Virus record (IMG/VR): IMGVR_UViG_3300045988_111952
From: a virus
Reading direction: 5' to 3' (one strand)
Length of the DNA stretch: 41,835 nucleotides
The translations under genes were made by a program, and so were the position numbers. How positions within the stretch are numbered: the first letter of the stretch is position 1; each line of letters opens with the position of its first letter. Positions 37,701 through 41,835 of the stretch are shown here, piece by piece. The notes under the pieces were generated by a model that had not been told where the DNA came from, ran no database searches, and saw nothing but the letters and a program-made list of their open reading frames with translations.

Positions 37701-40700
37701 GTGAGGGCGGAGAACTTACACTGGAGGGAATGACCGATGCAAGAACAAGACAAAGTATCATCGACGATGCCGTCAGAGGATTCTATGAAACTCCCGAGCG
37801 AAGCAACAATGGAAAAACTGCACCAAATGTGCCTTTCTCAGGGGAAGGCTGGGCAAATCCAGTGGGAAATCATCCAGCGAACGCAGCAAAAGTTGCAGAA
37901 CAGGTAAGTAACACAGCGCCTTCGTCTGATGCCGGGGGCGCTGCATTTTTGCAGCCGACTGACACCGCGAGTGAGCCTGTGCCGGGCATGAACATTGTGG
38001 AGAATGCGCAGAGCGTGGCAAAGCTGAACGGCAGTGAGAGCGTGCCTGCAAATGCTGTTGGCGCGGAAAGTACACAGTATAACCGCAATGAAGTGCTGAA
38101 TCAGGACTACGCGAACCAGCGTGCGATGGGCGGCAAAATTGATGCGGACGAAGCGGCGGCCGCTGGTATCGGCCAGCAGACCCATACCGTATACAGCCGG
38201 GCAGAAGGTAAGGATACCGCCAAACAGGATTTTGATTTGCTGGTGCAGCAGAACGGCGATATTTTGAGCGCCGGGCGCACGGTTGCGGATGAATTGGCCC
38301 GAAAATCAGCTGACGGAAATTTTGACGCCAGCGATGTATATCGCGGTTATTATGCTGCCGACCAGCTGCAAAACATGATGAACAGCTACGAAAAAGGCAG
38401 CGCAGATGCACAGTTGGTGCAGGCGCAAATCGAAAACCTGAACCGCGCTGTCAGCGCTGGGCAGAGTAAAAATGCCCAAGCATTGAGCGCAGGGCGCTGG
38501 GCGCAAATTGACGAGTACACTCCCATCCGCAAGTTTGAACAAATCACGCAAAGAAAAGTAAATGATTTTGCGGAAACGCGAGACGGCAAGCAACTGGAAT
38601 CTTTGGCATCAGATGTTGTAGAAATGGCAAAGTCCGGGCCACAAGACGAAGAATTTACCGCTTTTTTGAAGGCGCAGGGCGTTGATGTAGGCGATAATCC
38701 ACTAAACGCACAGATGGATGACCTTGCCATGCGCATCAAAAGAATGGCAGATACAAAAGGTATCAAGGCCACCGATGAGCAGGCAAAATCTGCGGCTGCC
38801 AGCATCCTCGCCGGAGGTAATGCAGACGATGTGTTTAATGCAATGGCGCGTAAAACTCTCGGCATTGAGAATTTAAGTCAGGAAGATTACGACTATGTAA
38901 AAAACGCATTTGCCGAAATTGCCGATATGCCGGACAGTAAAGCCCGCTATGAAAAGGAACTGGACGCATATAAGCGGCTTACCAAATATTTGCCTGCCAA
39001 AACATTTGGCGACAAGATGGAAAGTATCCGCTATCTGTCTATGCTGGGAAATACCAGAACCCACGCAAGAAACGTGCTTGGCAACGTATCGATGGGCGTT
39101 GTAACCCGTGCAAAAGACAATGTTTCCGGCGTGATGCAGCTTGTTTTGCCGAAAGACCAACGAACAAAAGCCGTTGGAACAACCCTTACAGCCGATGGCC
39201 GCAAGATGGTAGACCTTGCCAAAGAGTACGGGCAGAACAAAATGTATTCTGTTTTGTACAATGACGGTAAGTTCAATGCGGAAAGCGGGCTGCGTGCCGC
39301 GCAGGATACGTTTACAAGTAAGCCCGGTAAAGTAATCCAGAAGGCGGCTGACATCAACAGTGCATTGCTGGAAAAAGAAGATAATATTTTTCTTACTTCT
39401 GCATTTGGTAATGCAATGGCTAGCCAGCTGAAAGCGCGTGGCTATGACAGCAGTGTTTTTACTGCAACCGATGCCAAGAGCAAGCAGGCACTTGTGGATG
39501 CTGCTGCAACAGCTTTACGCGATGCAAAGGAAGCCACGTTCCACGAAGATAACTTTCTTTCCACTGCACTGAAAAATTATCAGAATGATATTAAAGGGCA
39601 CGGAGTCGGTGGAAAAATACTATGGGCGGTTGGCGAAGGCGTTTTACCGTTCAAGAAAACCCCGCTGAACATTGCCAAAAATGCAATGGAATACAATATT
39701 GTAGGTGGCACAGTAGAAGCTGCTTATCGCTATGCCACAGGTGCAAGCAGCGCAGATGTAATTGACGCTGCTGCCAAAGGACTGACCGGCACGGCATTGA
39801 TGGGCATTGGCGGTATCCTTGCATATAATGGGCTGTTGAACGGCAGCAAGAGTGGAGATGATCGCGCCGATGCGTTTAATGAGATGACCGGCAAGCAGGA
39901 ATATTCCATCAATATTCCCGGTAAAGGAACGTACACCATTGATTGGGCAAGCCCCGCAAGCGTACCGCTTTTGATGGGTGCCGAGATTGCCAATGAATGG
40001 CAGAACGGCGGTCTAAGTGTTACAAAGTTCCTTGACGCTGCGCGAAAAATCGGGAACCCGATTTTGGAAACCACGATGCTGCAAGGACTGAATGACACGC
40101 TGGACAGTGTAAGCTATGCAGATTCCAACGATAAATTGGCAACGCTTCTCGGTGGGACGCTGGGCAGTTATGCACAGCAGTATGTTCCAACTGCGCTTGG
40201 TCAAATTGCTAGAACCATTGACCCGCTGCGCCGTTCCACCTATGGCGGCGGGGATAGCAAGACCGAAAGGGATACCAACTACGCAATCCGAAAAGCGGAG
40301 AATAAAATCCCCGGTTTAAGCATGAACAACGAACCGTACATTGACCAGTGGGGGCGCGAGGAAGCGAACCTTGACGGGACGGACGATTCAGCGGGAGGCA
40401 TGTTCCTGCGCGGCGCGTACAACATGCTTAGCCCCGGTTATGTGAGCGCCGAAAACATTACACCGGTTGACGAGTATCTGCAGGGGCTTTACGGCAGTAC
40501 GAACGACAGCCATGTTTACCCGGAGAAGGCCAGCAGTAAAATCACCGTTGACAGCGATGACTACTACATGACCCCGGAGGAAAAGACCGAGTACGCCAAG
40601 ACAAGCGGGCAGACAGCCTATGACCTGATTGACGAGCTGCGGCAGAACAGCATGTTTTTGCAGCTGCCGGAAGACCAGCAGAGCGCGCTTGTGCAGGATG

Positions 40701-41431
40701 CCTACACGGTAGCCAAGACCGCTGGCGGTGTGGCCGCTGTGGGTGACGGCGTGAGCGGTGTGAACGCGAAGGAGTACGAGGCATACCGGGACGGCGGCGC
40801 GGAAGGATTCAGCCAGTATGTGCTGATGAAGAACGCCACTGACCTTGTGCGCGATGAGAAGCGGGAGACGAGCGGCAATGACGATGCGACACTGAACACT
40901 GTGGAGAAGTGGAACACACTCTATTCACAGTTCGGTGATGATGCAGTAAGCAACTTTGTGAACAGCACTGACAAGGGCAGTACCGTGCGCAACATCAGCG
41001 ACCTTGCCGGAGACAAGGCGGTCACCGCCTACATGCAGGCTTACAGCGCTGTAGCAAAGACTCTGGACGATGACCAGACGCCGGACAAGTTTACAGTCGG
41101 TTACGGTATGCAGAAATACGGCTTGAGCGGAGACGACTTTGCAAGGGCGTATCTGGCAGCGTACTACAAGAAGGACAAGAACGGAAAGTACCCGGAAAAG
41201 GGCGGCACCTATGCCGACAAGGCCGGTGCGGAAATCTACCAGAGCTACGGCGCAGATGCGCTGCGCGACTGGGTAAATTACCGCGCTACCATCCCCGACA
41301 CGAACGGCAACGGCAAGGTCGATAAAGACGAGGCTGTGGCACGTTTGAAGGAAATGGACCTGACGAACGAGATGCGGCGCGCGTATCTGGCGAAAACCAA
41401 CCAGCAGTGGGGCAAGAAAAACCCGTTTTGA
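34715..41431 (+). CDS. Giant (2238 aa) polyvalent virion protein: low-complexity/hydrophobic N-terminal third, ParB/Srx-like domain, large alpha-helical modules, C-terminal EF-hand-like loop
   Basis: GGAGG RBS. Single uninterrupted ORF. YPREYQNRNR...PVIRGDNVVLSGNGRTAAIQTAY (about 36610..36900) is ParB-like. DTNGNGKVDKDE lies at 41297..41332. Confidence 0.9.
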   Translation: MAKVNGREDALLNAYLNRYQTAQASNVSTGRSTTRKAQQHGSAIMNATDKTLPVLHNSYTETLSNIVQGANLENSLNNDVLNRQMKLAQAKFDAANDLYQQQQKAQQYAAKKAAKAAKSSGGSSGNGGSTTGTGSDTESAASLDALFGGGASTSGTTGSTAGSKPKAEDTEKPKTENEKAKEKSAQEKYLEAKKAGARTTAAKSYAERSGTGLVSAAQPAQSRAVTRGGKVIGSSYAAAGSVPSAAETQAAKDKRNDYKSRQEDIAAALKKLQSDADYRAELATPGRKLTSAEVAAVDQYEKSTKNTGFSGLKRVFETAANKENLSQEDYAEKTAAMNAELNQNSALRGKAQMNGAGQTAQAFTAGLYDSVPFLTKSVDKLTGIANATGAELPQLSNAIEGAKSYDPLAAVAGTLVGKGMQYKLFNTAMAGTPLAQAMGKAGNAVVGQAQKIPVLGDALGAGAGDALGRILTDTTADLALDTLPTLADDLSTYSAQQEAIANGQTVDDALTPGKIAGNTAKNIAWNVAMNALPEFGGALFNRLKGTAGDAAQDALKQADDAAQDALKQADNAVHDAQNAAPGTSALPVGTASAVQNVAEAAQNVPIADTTPSMSAAQQAAKSAAAPRSTGTAYMPDNTPVNYRWAAVDANDLVASNDALGSANPAYPREYQNRNRDSAASMQQITRMANDLNPERLTDSANIGDGSPVIRGDNVVLSGNGRTAAIQTAYRDGKADNYRNYVLNHAAEYGIDPSTLPENPVLVRVADDNTDMLKLARGANESTTASFGAAENAVNYGQKVTASSAMSRYNPEKSITDPANNSAVAGLLRDIVPESEYNRMVTKDGKVSLDGYKTAKDAMFSAAYGNSDRLQILAEGGDDSSRNITAAMRDSAANAITLKQMVQRGELPQEFDVANDVSGAADLYAYVKSGNMGKSKTVADYIAGLTHGEDGKFYDGFEEVPYTPMSMYIAEIMEDNRRSGKQTTEFLDNLYASAKEGEGGELTLEGMTDARTRQSIIDDAVRGFYETPERSNNGKTAPNVPFSGEGWANPVGNHPANAAKVAEQVSNTAPSSDAGGAAFLQPTDTASEPVPGMNIVENAQSVAKLNGSESVPANAVGAESTQYNRNEVLNQDYANQRAMGGKIDADEAAAAGIGQQTHTVYSRAEGKDTAKQDFDLLVQQNGDILSAGRTVADELARKSADGNFDASDVYRGYYAADQLQNMMNSYEKGSADAQLVQAQIENLNRAVSAGQSKNAQALSAGRWAQIDEYTPIRKFEQITQRKVNDFAETRDGKQLESLASDVVEMAKSGPQDEEFTAFLKAQGVDVGDNPLNAQMDDLAMRIKRMADTKGIKATDEQAKSAAASILAGGNADDVFNAMARKTLGIENLSQEDYDYVKNAFAEIADMPDSKARYEKELDAYKRLTKYLPAKTFGDKMESIRYLSMLGNTRTHARNVLGNVSMGVVTRAKDNVSGVMQLVLPKDQRTKAVGTTLTADGRKMVDLAKEYGQNKMYSVLYNDGKFNAESGLRAAQDTFTSKPGKVIQKAADINSALLEKEDNIFLTSAFGNAMASQLKARGYDSSVFTATDAKSKQALVDAAATALRDAKEATFHEDNFLSTALKNYQNDIKGHGVGGKILWAVGEGVLPFKKTPLNIAKNAMEYNIVGGTVEAAYRYATGASSADVIDAAAKGLTGTALMGIGGILAYNGLLNGSKSGDDRADAFNEMTGKQEYSINIPGKGTYTIDWASPASVPLLMGAEIANEWQNGGLSVTKFLDAARKIGNPILETTMLQGLNDTLDSVSYADSNDKLATLLGGTLGSYAQQYVPTALGQIARTIDPLRRSTYGGGDSKTERDTNYAIRKAENKIPGLSMNNEPYIDQWGREEANLDGTDDSAGGMFLRGAYNMLSPGYVSAENITPVDEYLQGLYGSTNDSHVYPEKASSKITVDSDDYYMTPEEKTEYAKTSGQTAYDLIDELRQNSMFLQLPEDQQSALVQDAYTVAKTAGGVAAVGDGVSGVNAKEYEAYRDGGAEGFSQYVLMKNATDLVRDEKRETSGNDDATLNTVEKWNTLYSQFGDDAVSNFVNSTDKGSTVRNISDLAGDKAVTAYMQAYSAVAKTLDDDQTPDKFTVGYGMQKYGLSGDDFARAYLAAYYKKDKNGKYPEKGGTYADKAGAEIYQSYGADALRDWVNYRATIPDTNGNGKVDKDEAVARLKEMDLTNEMRRAYLAKTNQQWGKKNPF

Positions 41432-41439
41432 GGTGCTGT

Positions 41440-41628
41440 ATGAAGTTTGATTTTTGCATGAACCGGGCGGAGTATGACGAGCTTGTATTCAGCCTGACGG
41501 ACGATGAGCGGGAAGTGCTGGACATGCGGCGGCACGGGCGGCGCAATGCCGAGATCGCAGCCGAGTTGAACTGCTGTGAGAGGACGGTAAACCGGCATGT
41601 GAGAAGCATTAAGAATAAGATGCGGTGA
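41440..41628 (+). CDS. Stand-alone LuxR/GerE-type (sigma region-4-like) HTH protein (62 aa)
   Basis: GAGGTG RBS before the ATG at 41440. LTDDEREVLDMRRHGRRNAEIAAELNCCERTVNRHVRSIKNKM is a GerE-type HTH. Confidence 0.7.
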   Translation: MKFDFCMNRAEYDELVFSLTDDEREVLDMRRHGRRNAEIAAELNCCERTVNRHVRSIKNKMR

Positions 41629-41649
41629 GAGGGCGGTAAAGGATAAGCC

Positions 41650-41704
41650 GCCCCTCATCCGCCGCTGCGGCGGCACCTTCCCCCGAGGGGGAAGGCTTAG
41701 GGGA
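41650..41704 (+). repeat. Double-hairpin intergenic repeat, copy C
   Basis: gcccctcatccgccgctgcggcggcaccttccccc-gag-ggggaaggcttagggga. Confidence 0.9.
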
Positions 41705-41706
41705 TA

Positions 41707-41744
41707 GCGGGCAGTCACTTTTTTAGTGGCTGCCCGCTTTTTTT
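41707..41744 (+). terminator. Intrinsic terminator
   Basis: gcgggcagtcact-ttttt-agtggctgcccgc followed by T7. Confidence 0.85.
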
Positions 41745-41835
41745 GTTTTGGCGTAAAGATGGCGCAAATGCGGCGCGGAGGTGTCCTACGGCGCGGGATG
41801 GATTGTGGTACAATAAAACCAGAAAGACGAGGTGA
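41737..41835. repeat. Terminal direct repeat, right copy
   Basis: Identical to 1..99. Confidence 0.95.

Larger units (their letters stand above)
1..41736. mobile_element. Complete temperate tailed-phage genome (unit length 41,736 bp; the window is the genome plus a 99-bp overlap)
   Basis: Exact 99-nt repeat at both window ends. Integrase, CI/Cro switch, attP-like region, replication/recombination, terminase, capsid, portal, fibres and lysis genes are all present. Confidence 0.9.

Noticed and set aside
35081-38865. Multiple 100-330-aa ORFs on both strands inside the giant gene
   Set aside because: All are nested in or antisense to one uninterrupted 2238-codon frame with coherent protein-like composition.
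34715-41431. The giant ORF as a siphovirus tape-measure protein
   Set aside because: No tail-tube, tail-terminator or chaperone (frameshift) genes precede it. It follows the lysis cassette and contains a ParB-like domain. A polyvalent or internal virion protein is the better fit, though this remains unverified.

Overview
The window is one complete, circularly closed phage genome: a 41,736-bp unit plus an exact 99-bp overlap (1..99 = 41737..41835). It is a temperate, GC-rich tailed phage. It looks podovirus-like, since I see no tail tube, tape-measure or chaperone set. The host is probably a clostridial gut or rumen anaerobe, but that is inference only.

Layout:
- Minus-strand early operon (13805 down to 2352): Cro-like regulator, small HTH protein, ERF annealase, NinB-like protein, SSB, DnaD-type replisome organiser, G39P-like loader, PAPS-reductase/IbrA-like protein, RusA, two HNH-type insertions, many small Cys-rich proteins, and a sigma-region-4-like regulator.
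- Lysogeny module (13815..16960): face-to-face consensus promoters, CI-like repressor, a low-GC moron, tyrosine integrase, and attP carrying a tRNA 3' fragment.
- Minus-strand accessory operon (18681 down to 16985): J-domain protein, two unknowns and a lipoprotein, controlled from a palindrome-rich divergent promoter region shared with an RHH gene.
- Plus-strand late region (19088 through the circle junction to 2298): promoter, leader and terminator, TerS, 1.5 kb of ORF-free structured DNA, TerL, scaffold, capsid, portal, adaptor, tail and fibre genes, M23 endolysin, holin-like genes, a 2238-aa polyvalent virion protein, a LuxR-type mini-regulator, and five small unknown genes.

Most unusual observations:
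1. A ~0.5-kb non-coding stretch (12905..13425) inside the early operon, built from about 90 phased 5/6-nt units (minus strand RNNGC). I cannot assign it to any element class I know.
2. The 1.5-kb ORF-free, hairpin-dense region between terS and terL. It contains two tRNA-like 'elbow' modules that lack an anticodon arm, and is a candidate large ncRNA locus.
3. A promoter/leader/terminator unit in front of terS, plus several in-operon terminators, which implies antitermination control of late genes.
4. A thrice-repeated 50-bp double-hairpin element.
5. A small ORF that mimics the repressor C-terminus.
6. An HNH-like gene carrying a duplicated RusA C-terminus.

All family assignments come from motif recognition by eye. 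No searches were run.
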